From: Octopus bimaculoides | Taxonomy: Eukaryota | DNA: 41,559 bases | NCBI RefSeq assembly: GCF_001194135.2 | Contig: NC_068999.1 | Span: 45,673,325-45,714,883 of the forward strand | Reading direction: 5' to 3' | In this document: positions 23,992 through 34,685 of the stretch, in pieces | Numbering within the stretch: the first letter of the stretch is position 1 | Layout of the letters: each line of letters starts with the position of its first letter | Position numbers and translations under genes: made by a program | Notes under the pieces: model-generated | Told to the model about the DNA's origin: nothing | The model's input: only the letters and a program-made list of their open reading frames with translations | Databases searched by the model: none

Positions 23992-24865
23992 GCAAAAAAT
24001 AGTATCAAGAAGTACAAATCTTGATGCCTGAGTAGATTCTCCAAGAAAATTCACTGCTTTATTCTTCAGAACGCTAACAACAAGTGTGTGTGTGCAATTA
24101 GTTAATGTATGTATGTCTCTATGCAGGCATCATCTGACAGCGCCGACAGTTTTAACACTCGGGCAGTTAAAATATTTCATAGGGACGCATCTTTTCAAGA
24201 TTGGCGTGACTTTTAATGATGCTTTCTTGGAAAAGGAAAGAAAACAAAATTGCTTCTTCAGTTGAAGTAATTATGTAAATTAGTAGTTATTTTGAAGGAA
24301 AATTGTGTTTCTCAGAAAATCTTTAAAAAATATCAAATAGTAAAACATCTTTAGATTCTAAAGCTGTTTGTTTATTTGTTTGTGCATTTTTAAGAAGATT
24401 CACTTCAACTATTTTCTGAGAGTTTCTTTGGTGTTACATTATCAGACCAACTGAAGATTACTGGCATCTTTTTCGAGCAATTTATTCAAAATACAGTGAA
24501 TTCATGTAATGTGTGTGTAGCGTGATATTTTCAGTCTGTTAAAATGCTAGTATATTGTTAGTATTTTCTGTACTATTCGTGAAATGCATTTAGAATTCTA
24601 AAATTTGAAATATATGGCTTATAAATGGCCCCGCTATCTACAGTTTCTCTGTCAGTAACTCGTGTCAGAAGTTGGATGTGTGTGTTTGCGTGTGTGTGTG
24701 TTAATAAAAAAAAATAAATGTTAACCCGTATTTAAAATGCTCAGGAAAATTTCAATAGAAATATATTTTGATAGGAAATAAGTTTAGAATTTAAATTTAT
24801 TGAATTCTGTAAGGGCAATTTGGAAATGCTTCTCAGTATGCTAGCAATGGAACAGAACCAGGTAG

Positions 24866-25135
<270 letters not shown>

Positions 25136-25921
25136 TATGCACACATATAAATATATAGAGAGGGAACATGATGGGGAAGAGAAAGTGTATGTATATGTGT
25201 GTGTGTATTTTCCAGTACATTCGTGAATCTTTGAAACGATTCAGTAAAACTGTGCTAAAAGCGATTCCCTTATTTGACAGATACTGCTGGCATTCCTCCT
25301 ACCATTGCCATCATCAACATCATCATCATTAACATCGTAATCATTATCATCATGGTGCCGTTCTTACTGAGAATTATCTCCATGCTTATTCTGTATCAAA
25401 ACGCATGACTATTGACATAAGAATTACCGCACTTGTTCTGCGTAGTTGATGTTGCTAATTTTTCGTGCTAACCATTCATCTATTACAGTGAAGTTAACAA
25501 TAGCGTTATTGTCCCTCTGCTGCAGATGAAAGAGATGTCGGTGTTTTTAACTTGCCTCGTCTTCTGAAACCGAAATCACAGACAAACATCAAAAGCTCTC
25601 TTTCCCCCAAAAAAGATTCTATTTCTGAAGAATTTAAGACTATTTTTATTTTTAGTTTAAAAAAAAAAAAAAAAAAAGATAAAAAACATCTATATTCTCC
25701 ACAGATCATTGTCAGTCTTGATGTTAGGGGTAGAAGATTTGTTAACATAAGCTGGTTTGGTTTGTTAATCTGATTGTCTTTGTATCTTCTGTAATTTGAT
25801 TCTCGAAACCAAATTCTATTCAACTAAATCTATTAATTTCTCTCCAGATCTTTGCCTTTTTATCCCCTGATGACCATTAAATGATGCTCTACTATGAGGC
25901 TACTTCATAATATGTCTTTCA

Positions 25922-25978
<57 letters not shown>

Positions 25979-25984
25979 CACACA

Positions 25985-26310
25985 CATGTATCTATAAATA
26001 TAGGCAAAAATATATGTATGTATCTATACAACACACACACACATACATGTATCTATATATATATATAGACATAAATATATGTATGTACCTGTACAGACAC
26101 ACACACACACACAGACATGTATCTATCTATATATATATATATATATAGGCATAAATTTATGTATGTACCTATACAGACACACACACATACATGTATCTAT
26201 ATATATATAGGCATAAATATATGTATGTACCTATACAGACACACACACATACATGTATCTATATATATATAGGCATAAATATATGTATGTACCTATACAG
26301 ACACACACAC

Positions 26311-26378
<68 letters not shown>

Positions 26379-26400
26379 ATAAATATATGTATTTATACAG
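25985..26400. repeat. Higher-order ~62-bp tandem repeat built from CA/TA microsatellite blocks, about 6 units
   Basis: Unit ACATGTATCTATATATATATAGGCATAAATATATGTATGTACCTATACAGACACACACACAT; identical ORF starts 62 bp apart (26191, 26253). Confidence 0.9.
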
Positions 26401-26732
26401 ACACACACACAGAAACACAGACATGTACACAGCTTTAATCTTGCCAGACTGCCATTATGATGCAACTTTTATCTTGCTAAGCTTTCTTTCAATCCTGCTT
26501 TTATCTCGCTCAGCTACTGTACGGTACATCCTTTATCTTATTGAGATACCTTATAACATATCCTTTATGTTCCATGTTTACTTTTCAACATGTTCGTTGC
26601 TTTTAATACACGTCTCTTGCATCAACACTAAGCCTAACATATTCCACAGATTCACACCATTGAGGCATCATATATTGTTTGCTTCCCGAACTTTTTAACC
26701 ATTTTCACAAGGCTACCAATTCCATTTCCCTG

Positions 26733-26790
26733 TACACCTTCTCCTCGACTTATGACCAACGTAACTTACGACCACTGACACTTACGACCA
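26733..26790 (+). mobile_element. pogo/Tigger-like terminal repeat fragment
   Basis: TA|CACCTTCTCCTCGACTTATGACC followed by two more ACTTACGACC subrepeats; the partner end is not seen (a SINE and a gap follow). Confidence 0.4.
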
Positions 26791-26798
26791 TAAAAAAA

Positions 26799-26947
26799 GT
26801 GGTTGTGTGGTAAGAATCTTGCTTCTCAATCTCATGGTTTTGGGTTCAGTCCCATTGCATGGCACCTTGAGCATGTGTCTTCTACTATAGCGTTGGCTCG
26901 ACCAAAGCCTTGTGAGTGGATTTAGTAGACGGAAACTGAAAGAAGCC
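26799..26947 (+). mobile_element. Family B SINE 5' half, ending at a gap
   Basis: GTGTGGTAAG...GGGTTCAGTCCC...GGAAACTGAAAGAAGCC then N run. Confidence 0.88.
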
Positions 26948-27745
26948 NNNNNNNNNNATATGGATTTAACTAACTCTCTTTTCTTCTATCCTCCAACTGA
27001 TATATAAAAATTATAGACCTCACTAAAATGTTGTAAGACTATTGAATTAATGAACATTTTACTTCTTTTTTCCTTTCCTTTCCTTTCCTTACACACACAC
27101 ACACACAAACACAAACACACACACATGCACACTCACACACACACACACTCACAAACACACACACAAACAAACAAACAAACACACATACACACACAGACAC
27201 ACACACACACACACACACAAACAAACAAACACACATACACCATATACACTCACACACACACACATACACCATACACACACACACACACACAAACAAACAC
27301 ACACTTAAAGAAAAAAGTTACATACAAAATCCTTTGTCTTTATATTCTAATTCTTTCTTTTTTCTTTTTATTTCTTGATAAAAAGACACTTGCTGCCACA
27401 AAATCTCATCGACAACAAATTACAAATCTGCCATTATAAACAGTATTAATTGCTAATTAATTAGTATAGTAGGGATTAACCATATCAACTTCCAAGTGTC
27501 CTCGTGTGAACTCTAAACCATGGCTGTCGGCTTCCAAGAGATACGTTGTGACAAAACTGTCAATTGTTTTAGTCTTATCTTAATCTCCCTTCTCAAGTCA
27601 AGAGTGCTAAGTTACTTGTCTGAAGTAACTTAATCTCTCATGGGGGTTTTCTTCATTTCTACAACAAACAGAAACACATGTAAAACAGGATGTAAATATA
27701 TATTGCGAAGATATAAATTCTTTTGTTTCCAAAATCGTTATAATC

Positions 27746-27933
27746 AGCTACATATAACGTACCCTGGTGGCTGCGTTTTGAAAGGGCAACACTCTATTTT
27801 CTGGTATGCAAGTTGAATTTTTTTAGACTAAAATTTAGAGCTAGCTACATGTAATATACCCTAGTGACTGGATTTTGTAAGGGAGACACTCTATTTTCTG
27901 GTATGCAAATTTAATTTTTTTTAGACTAAAATT
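27746..27933. repeat. Tandem duplication, two ~97-bp copies
   Basis: AGCTACAT...ACACTCTATTTTCTGGTATGCAA...TTAGACTAAAATT starting at 27746 and 27843. Confidence 0.9.
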
Positions 27934-28394
27934 AACAGCCAAATAAAGGGTAGGTTGACTTATACACCAAAACGATTCTGAAGGATCAAAAATTTCTTGT
28001 GAAGTGCAGCAGGATTTGGGAAGATAGGGACAATGTTTTAAAAGTTTATATTATATGTTACACTATATTCTATGTTGAATTGTATGCCAAAAAATACAGT
28101 AATCACTTCTAGATCAAACATAGTGAGATTAGAAGATCGTAAAGCAATGAAGATGTACAGAATATACATATTTAATATTTTTCTTCATCTTACTCATTAC
28201 AAAGATCTTAACATTTCTAGTCATTGGTGATCATGGTACAGCACCATTTCATTCTTATTTGAAACTGTCAGCATGACATAAGACAAATAAAATAAATTAA
28301 ATTAACTCTTTACTCTGTACTAGCTGACCATGTGCCATCAATAATGATGGCTAAATGTGAAATTGTATATATAAATACGGTACATAACAATCTC

Positions 28395-28700
28395 ACATAC
28401 AACTATTCACATACTTCATCTATCTGTCATTTTTCTTCTTCTGTCTGTCACTTGCCTTCATCTCTCTGTCTTCACTCTGTATCTGTCTGTCTATTCTCTT
28501 CATCTGTCATTTCTCTTCATCTATCTATCATTTATCTTCATCTGTCTCTTGTCTTCACCTATCTGCCATGTCCTCATCTATCTGTCATTCATCTTCAACT
28601 CTCTGTCTTTTGTCTTCAACTATCTGTCAATTTTGTCTTCATCTATCTGCCGTTTATCTTCATCTACTTGTCTTTTGTCTTCATCTATCTGCCTTCTGCA
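28395..28700 (+). repeat. Pyrimidine-rich degenerate tandem repeat (TTCATCTATCTGTC-like) upstream of the LHFPL exon acceptor
   Basis: Recurring TCTTCATCTATCTG units; no AG dinucleotide from 28324 to 28706. Confidence 0.85.
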
Positions 28701-28727
28701 TTAATTAGACATATAAACGAGTCCATA

Positions 28728-28761
28728 TACTAAACTTCAGTTTCCTTTCTGTTTTCTCTAG
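28728..28761 (+). promoter_or_regulatory. 3' splice site region: branch-point-like TACTAAAC, polypyrimidine tract and AG
   Basis: TACTAAAC at 28728-28735 (about 30 nt upstream), TTTCCTTTCTGTTTTCTCT tract, AG at 28760-28761. Confidence 0.8.
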
Positions 28762-28860
28762 GAATGTTGATTGGAGGTGGAGTAGCCATTTACCCCCATG
28801 GCTGGGACAGTCTTGAAATCCAGCAAGCCTGTGGCAACACGTCTGATTCATACCATTTAG
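28762..28860 (+). CDS. LHFPL6: Internal coding exon of an LHFPL/TMHS-family tetraspan membrane protein gene, most similar to LHFPL6 (LHFP); encodes the end of TM3 and extracellular loop 2
   Basis: 99-nt phase 1-1 exon: pyrimidine tract TTTCCTTTCTGTTTTCTCTAG at the acceptor and TTAG|GTAAGT at the donor. It translates (G)MLIGGGVAIYPHGWDSLEIQQACGNTSDSYHL(G), carrying the family motif YPxGWDSxE(V/I)xxxCG. It aligns without gaps to my recollection of human LHFPL6 [34 protein letters not shown]. Family assignment is strong; the paralogue assignment needs a phylogeny. Confidence 0.9.
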
Positions 28861-28866
28861 GTAAGT
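28861..28866 (+). promoter_or_regulatory. 5' splice donor
   Basis: Consensus AG|GTAAGT immediately after the LHFPL-like exon. Confidence 0.9.
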
Positions 28867-28930
28867 TCTTACTCTTATTTCTCACTCTTATTTCTACACC
28901 CAATCATTCAGTCACCATCAATCATTACCT

Positions 28931-29399
28931 CACAGGGTCTGTCTACCCTATGTGAAAGGCCTCTCTGGAAAGATACAAAAGATATGCGGCCCATATGACA
29001 TCTGGACAGTATTCAAGAGTAATACAACACTTCGCAAATATCTCTTTCGAGTAAAACCGGCAATAGAAGAGAATATGACCAAAAACTGCATGTACTCCAT
29101 CCCATGCAGCTGTGGTAGGTTATAGAAAGGCGAAACATGAAGAGGAACATCGCTAAGCTGTGACATGAGGAGATATTGATAAATCAGGTATAGCTGATCA
29201 TGTATGGAAAAATGGAGACCATCTTCCCCTGTGGGATGAAGTTAAAATAATAGACAGAGAACACCACTGGAAAATACGAAAACTAAAAGAAGCAGCACAA
29301 GTGCTAGGACATAAAAACCTTTTAAGCAGACCGAGTGCAGATATGAACAGCATATGGGAACCGGTATTAAGGAAGGGTAGGAAAATATTAGATTTATAA
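28931..29399 (+). mobile_element. Decayed Penelope-like element, C-terminal linker plus GIY-YIG endonuclease
   Basis: Frame 1: VCLPYVKGLSGKIQKICGPYDIWTVFKSNTTLRKYLFRVKPAIEENMTKNCMYSIPCSCGRL*KGET. After a small deletion/frameshift: EEHR*AVT*GDIDKSGIADHVWKNGDHLPLWDEVKIIDREHHWKIRKLKEAAQVLGHKNLLSRPSADMNSIWEPVLRKGRKILDL*. LPYV, Y.IPCxCG..Y.GET, the CCHH residues and R..KE are typical of Penelope endonucleases. The RT domain is absent (5' truncated). Confidence 0.9.
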
Positions 29400-29420
29400 G
29401 CCCTAAAATTCACTCCATAA

Positions 29421-29492
29421 TTGCCCACAGGCATAGTGGTTAAGAGCACAGGTTACTAACCCTAAGATTCCGAGTTCAATTCTAGGCAGTGA

Positions 29493-29539
<47 letters not shown>

Positions 29540-29566
29540 TTGAAAAATACCTTAGGAATGAGAACC
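29421..29566 (+). mobile_element. tRNA-derived Pol III module (SINE-like head) with (AAT)n and a short unique tail, abutting the Penelope ORF end
   Basis: A-box-like AGGCATAGTGG 29429-29439, anticodon-like loop TTACTAA, B-box-like GAGTTCAATTCT 29472-29483, then (AAT)n 29497-29537 and CATTGAAAAATACCTTAGGAATGAGAACC. Confidence 0.7.
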
Positions 29567-29720
29567 AATGACAACGGCGACAACAACAATGACGGCGACA
29601 ACAACAATGACGGCGACAACAACAATGACGGCGACAACAACAANNNNNNNNNNAACGGCGACAACAACAATGACGGCGACAACAACAATGACGGCGACAA
29701 CAACAATGACGGCGACAACA
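29567..29720. repeat. 18-bp minisatellite (GACGGCGACAACAACAAT)n, interrupted by a 10-N gap
   Basis: Near-perfect units on both sides of the gap at 29644-29653. Confidence 0.95.
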
Positions 29721-30313
29721 CGACGACGGCAGCAGCAACGGCGATGACAAAGGCACCGTTGCTGATGCTACCGACACCATTAATGGCAACTGCGAGACCA
29801 ACCATTCAGGTGATAAGCCACCAAAGTAATCTAAAGACTCGTCTCTCAGTAGCAATGCAGTGACAACTCCCACTGTTCTATGATAAACTTCCGAGTTAAT
29901 CTAGTTGAAAATAAGTACTACTTTCACTTCTTGGTTGACTGATTTGCGTTAAGCTAGGCGGCCAGCTTTTATTACATGCTTCAATAAGCCAATACTAACA
30001 TCTGAGTTATTTTTGAAACTCTGAAATTCGCTCAAGCATGGAAGAATGAATATAAAATATTTTGTAACATAGATTTTAGTATATTTTTTAATATGTCTAT
30101 CTAATCTCTGAGTGTATATGTGTATGGGTTTATATGTGTGTGTGTGTGTGTGTGTGTATACATGTTCATGTGTGTATGTGTGTGTGTATACACAGATAGA
30201 TAGATAGATAGATAGATGGATGGATGGATGGATAGATAGATAGATAGATAGATAGATGGATGGATAGGTAGGTAAGTAGGTAGGCTGGTAGGTGGATGGA
30301 TGGATACATGGAC

Positions 30314-30348
<35 letters not shown>

Positions 30349-30424
30349 TAGACATGTTAAATTTTAAGTTTACTTCATAGATGTAGCCACAAAATTTTTG
30401 GTCCATCCATTTATTTCAAATTCG

Positions 30425-30520
30425 TTTTTTCATGCTAGCATGGGTCGGACAAACATATCATTGCAGTATCATTGAGGTGCTGGACGCACCTCCTGTTGCT
30501 AACCCTTACCTGCTTTTCAA
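30425..30520 (-). mobile_element. Family A2 fragment
   Basis: CATGCTAGCATGGGTCGGAC...CCTGTTGCTAACCCTTACCTG. Confidence 0.6.
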
Positions 30521-30686
30521 TTAAAGGATCTCTTATCCCACACAGCTTTGAAGATGCGAAGGGAGCAGAAGATTTGTTGACAGAAGTGATAAGAACATCC
30601 CTGCTCAGAGGTTGCAACTCTCATAAAAACAAGCACAAATTTACACACACACACACATGTACTAACATGCAGACATACACACACAC

Positions 30687-30995
30687 ATGGTTGTGAAGTT
30701 AAGAAGCTCGCTTTGCAATCACAGGATTTCAGTTTCAATTCCACTGTGCATCACCTTAGACAAGTGTCGTCTTCTATAACCCAGCCTCATCAAGGCATTG
30801 TGAATGAACTTGGTTGGTGGAAACTGTGTGGAAGGCCATCATGAGTGTGTGTGTGTGTGTGTGTGAGTCTTTGTGTTTGTCTCTCAACAACACTTGATAA
30901 CCCATGTTGGTTTGTTTATATCCTTATAACTTAGTTTAACAAAAGAGACTGATAAAATAAGTAAGTACCAGACTTAAAATAAGTGCTGGAGCCAA
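30687..30995 (+). mobile_element. Family B SINE, decayed
   Basis: AAGAAGCTCGCTT, CACCTTAGACAAGTGTC, GGAAACTG, internal (TG)n, AAAAGAGACTGATAAAATAAG. Confidence 0.75.
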
Positions 30996-30998
30996 TTT

Positions 30999-31065
30999 CA
31001 AACCATCCAACCCATACTAGCATGGAAGGCATACGTTAAACGATGATGATGATGATGATGATGAT
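30999..31065 (+). mobile_element. Family A 3' end fragment
   Basis: CCATCCAACCCATACTAGCATGGAAGGCATACGTTAAACGATGAT. Confidence 0.8.
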
Positions 31066-31834
31066 ATATATATATATATATAAAGTGTGCCACATAGTTT
31101 AAGTCTGTCAGTAGACAATAACTTGTTCTGTGATAAATAATATGCTAGGTCTACAATGGTAGACACTGGGTTTAAATGGGTTAATTTCTCTAAATACCAA
31201 CAGAGAAAATAGATCTTAGCAGCATTTATTATAAAGCAATGGTAATTCCACATGTTGTTTGAGAATACAGATTAAATATAAAATTCAAACATGGACAATT
31301 CTAGATATTAATTCCCAACATCAAAGCAATGTTTACATGAATGCAATTTTTTTGAAAACATACATTAATACGTCACTTAAGATAATTTATGTTGTAAAAT
31401 GTCACAGACAATGTAACATAGATGTTTTCATGTTTTTGTCTGTGGAATAATTTTGATCGTGGGCAAACAGATCAACGACCATTATACAAAGGGAAGGCAG
31501 TTAAGCGTTCATATACTTACTGATGGAAATTCTATAAATGGTTAGATTGGTTAGATCTGATCAAACTAGAAGTTAACTGCTATCAAGAGAGACTGAAATA
31601 CAAGCAAACTAATGCCTGATGCATGGTGGTTGCCAGAATACAAAGCCAGGAACAGAGAGACAGACCTGCCTGGTGTTAAATAAGTGAGGCAAGTGAGCAG
31701 AGGGTAGATGAGATTTTTCGCATTTCTTTGTAGATAAGGGGCTGGGGAAGTAAATAGGTTTCACAGGCCACTAGGTTTTCATTGGTCAAAACAACATGAG
31801 TGACCAGAGGGAAATATATCATCAGTGAAAATGA

Positions 31835-32005
31835 TGTCATCACCATTGGTTTAACGTCCAGTTTTCTGTGCTTGTATGGGTCTGATGGAATTTTGTTGAG
31901 ACAGAATTTCTTCAGTTGGATGTCCTTCCTGTTGCCAACTCCATCAGTTTCCAGGCAAGGCAGTAGCCCGCCATCATGCTATGTCATAGCAAGGAGACAG
32001 TAACA
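31835..32005 (-). mobile_element. Family A2 element
   Basis: TTTAACGTCCAGTTTTCTGTGCTTGTATGGG...GGATGTCCTTCCTGTTGCCAAC...CAAGGAGACA + (CA)n. Confidence 0.7.
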
Positions 32006-32018
32006 CACACACACACAC

Positions 32019-32061
<43 letters not shown>

Positions 32062-32074
32062 TACACACACAAAA

Positions 32075-32350
32075 ACTCTATTGTGGTACCCTTCAATCTT
32101 TATAAGCCTTGCTGTGGTACCCTTCATTCAGTATCAGCCTTGCTGTGGTACCTTTCATTCCATATAACCCCTGCTGTGGTACTTTTCATTCCGTATAACC
32201 CCTGCTGTGGTACCCTTCATTCCGTATAAGCTTTGCTGCAGTACCCTTCATGCTATATAACCCTTGCTGTGGTACCTTTCATTCCACATAACCCCTGCTG
32301 TGATACTACACATCATAGAACACTCTATTATGGTATCCCACATTCCACAG
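32075..32350. repeat. 31-bp minisatellite, about 8 units plus a variant terminal unit
   Basis: GCTGTGGTAC anchor (or a close variant) at 32111, 32142, 32173, 32204, 32235, 32266 and 32297 (period 31); consensus CTTGCTGTGGTACCCTTCATTCCGTATAACC. Confidence 0.97.
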
Positions 32351-33147
32351 AATTCTAAGAACCATACTCTGAAGCCCACAGTTTCATTTTCTGAGCTACC
32401 CTTTCTACACAATACATAACACTGTATATTCCACCCAGAAACTGCTTTCTTTGTTGCCAATGGAAACCTTTTAAGACAGTCAAAACTTTCAGAAGAAAGT
32501 TTCCAATATGTCTCATATTTCTAGCCACAAGATTACTTTTATCAGCAGACATATCACCAGAATCAGTCATACTTATTTAAGCAACTCTAAAGTTAATTAT
32601 TCCATTTCTTATCTAAGAATTACAATTGTTATACTCCATAGTGTGAAATAAATCAAATTATTTCTACATTTAATATTTCTAACTACAAACAAAATGATAA
32701 AATCGTTTTTCTGTTTATTTTTAATACAACAGTTTGTGATCAATAATAGCATCGTTGGTAACGAGTATTCAATCGACCAATCAATGATTTCTCTTGCATT
32801 TCTAATGGCAACAGCAAAAAAAGGAAATCTGTGCAACTCACTACAGAAATAATATCAACAGGGGTCTTTGTTCTATGAGCACCGGTTTTGGATTGTTTTT
32901 TGGGTTTTTTTTTTTTTCACTGAGTTTTACTACGATACACACACATGTATATCATCATCATCATCATCATCATGACCACGACTGCCATCATCATCATCAC
33001 CATCATCATCACTATCACCATCATAATCACCATCATCACCACCACCACCATTATCACCACCACCATCATCACCATCACCTTATCACTATCATCATCACCA
33101 TCACCACCACCATCACCATCACCTCATCACCACCATCACCACCACCG

Positions 33148-33185
<38 letters not shown>

Positions 33186-33239
33186 ACAAAATACTTAGAT
33201 ACTTGGAGATCAGGAATTCGAACACCATAATCTTTCATT

Positions 33240-33564
33240 CTTTTAATTCTTTTTCTTGTTTCAGTCATNNNNNNNNNNNNNNNNNNNNNNNNNNNNNNNN
33301 NNNNNNNNNNNNNNNNNNNNNNNNNNNNNNNNNNNNNNNNNNNNNNNNNNNNNNNNNNNNNNNNNNNNNNNNNNNNNNNNNNNNNNNNNNNNNNNNNNNN
33401 NNNNNNNNNNNNNNNNNNNNNNNNNNNNNNNNNNNNNNNNNNNNNNNNNNNNNNNNNNNNNNNNNNNNNNNNNNNNNNNNNNNNNNNNNNNNNNNNNNNN
33501 NNNNNNNNNNNNNNNNNNNNNNNNNNNNNNNNNNNNNNNNNNNNNNNNNNNNNNNNNNNNNNNN

Positions 33565-33602
<38 letters not shown>

Positions 33603-33759
33603 GGCTTCTTTCAGTTTCCATCTACCAAATCCACTCCCAAAACTTTGGTCAACCTGTGGCTATAGCAGCAGACACTTGTCCATGGTGTCACGCAGTGAGA
33701 CTGAACCCGGAGACACGTGGTTCAGAAGCAAGCTTCTTACCACACTGCTATGCCTGCGC
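33240..33759 (-). mobile_element. Family B SINE spanning a gap
   Basis: Tail TTCTTGTTTCAGTCAT before the gap; GGGCTTCTTTCAGTTTCC...GCAAGCTTCTTACCACAC...TGCCTGCGC after the gap. Confidence 0.85.
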
Positions 33760-33947
33760 ATATGATAACGAAATACAAATCTCTTAATTACTTTAACATT
33801 TAAACTCATTAAAGCATACAAAATAACAAAAATGACCAAAACAAAAGTTCAAACACATTAGTGAAACCCACTCAATCCCAACACCAAAACAAATTTAGTG
33901 AACCAGATGTTATATACATATACATACATACATACATACATGCATTT

Positions 33948-33988
<41 letters not shown>

Positions 33989-34585
33989 NNNNNNNNNNNN
34001 NNNNNNNNNNNNNNNNNNNNNNNNNNNNNNNNNNNNNNNNNNNNNNNNNNNNNNNNNNNNNNNNNNNNNNNNNNNNNNNNNNNNNNNNNNNNNNNNNNNN
34101 NNNNNNNNNNNNNNNNNNNNNNNNNNNNNNNNNNNNNNNNNNNNNNNNNNNNNNNNNNNNNNNNNNNNNNNNNNNNNNNNNNNNNNNNNNNNNNNNNNNN
34201 NNNNNNNNNNNNNNNNNNNNNNNNNNNNNNNNNNNNNNNNNNNNNNNNNNNNNNNNNNNNNNNNNNNNNNNNNNNNNNNNNNNNNNNNNNNNNNNNNNNN
34301 NNNNNNNNNNNNNNNNNNNNNNNNNNNNNNNNNNNNNNNNNNNNNNNNNNNNNNNNNNNNNNNNNNNNNNNNNNNNNNNNNNNNNNNNNNNNNNNNNNNN
34401 NNNNNNNNNNNNNNNNNNNNNNNNNNNNNNNNNNNNNNNNNNNNNNNNNNNNNNNNNNNNNNNNNNNNNNNNNNNNNNNNNNNNNNNNNNNNNNNNNNAT
34501 ATATATATATATATATAAATATATATAAGTATATATATATGTATGTATATATATATAAATATATATAAGTATATATATATGTATG

Positions 34586-34620
<35 letters not shown>

Positions 34621-34653
34621 ATACATATACACACATATATATATATACATACA

Positions 34654-34685
<32 letters not shown>

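Noticed and set aside
29421-29497. Possible genuine tRNA gene (also the SINE heads at 16270, 19095 and 40174)
   Set aside because: Acceptor and anticodon stems are mismatched, there is no T-run terminator and the sequence continues into repeat bodies; these are tRNA-derived elements
29403-29873. Metallothionein-like (CCCRRH)n ORF on the minus strand
   Set aside because: By-product of the 18-bp satellite; the ORF also reads through (ATT)n and a SINE-like head, and spans a gap
32075-32350. CRISPR-like array (31-bp period, palindromic core)
   Set aside because: Units are contiguous with no unique spacers, there are no cas genes and the context is eukaryotic
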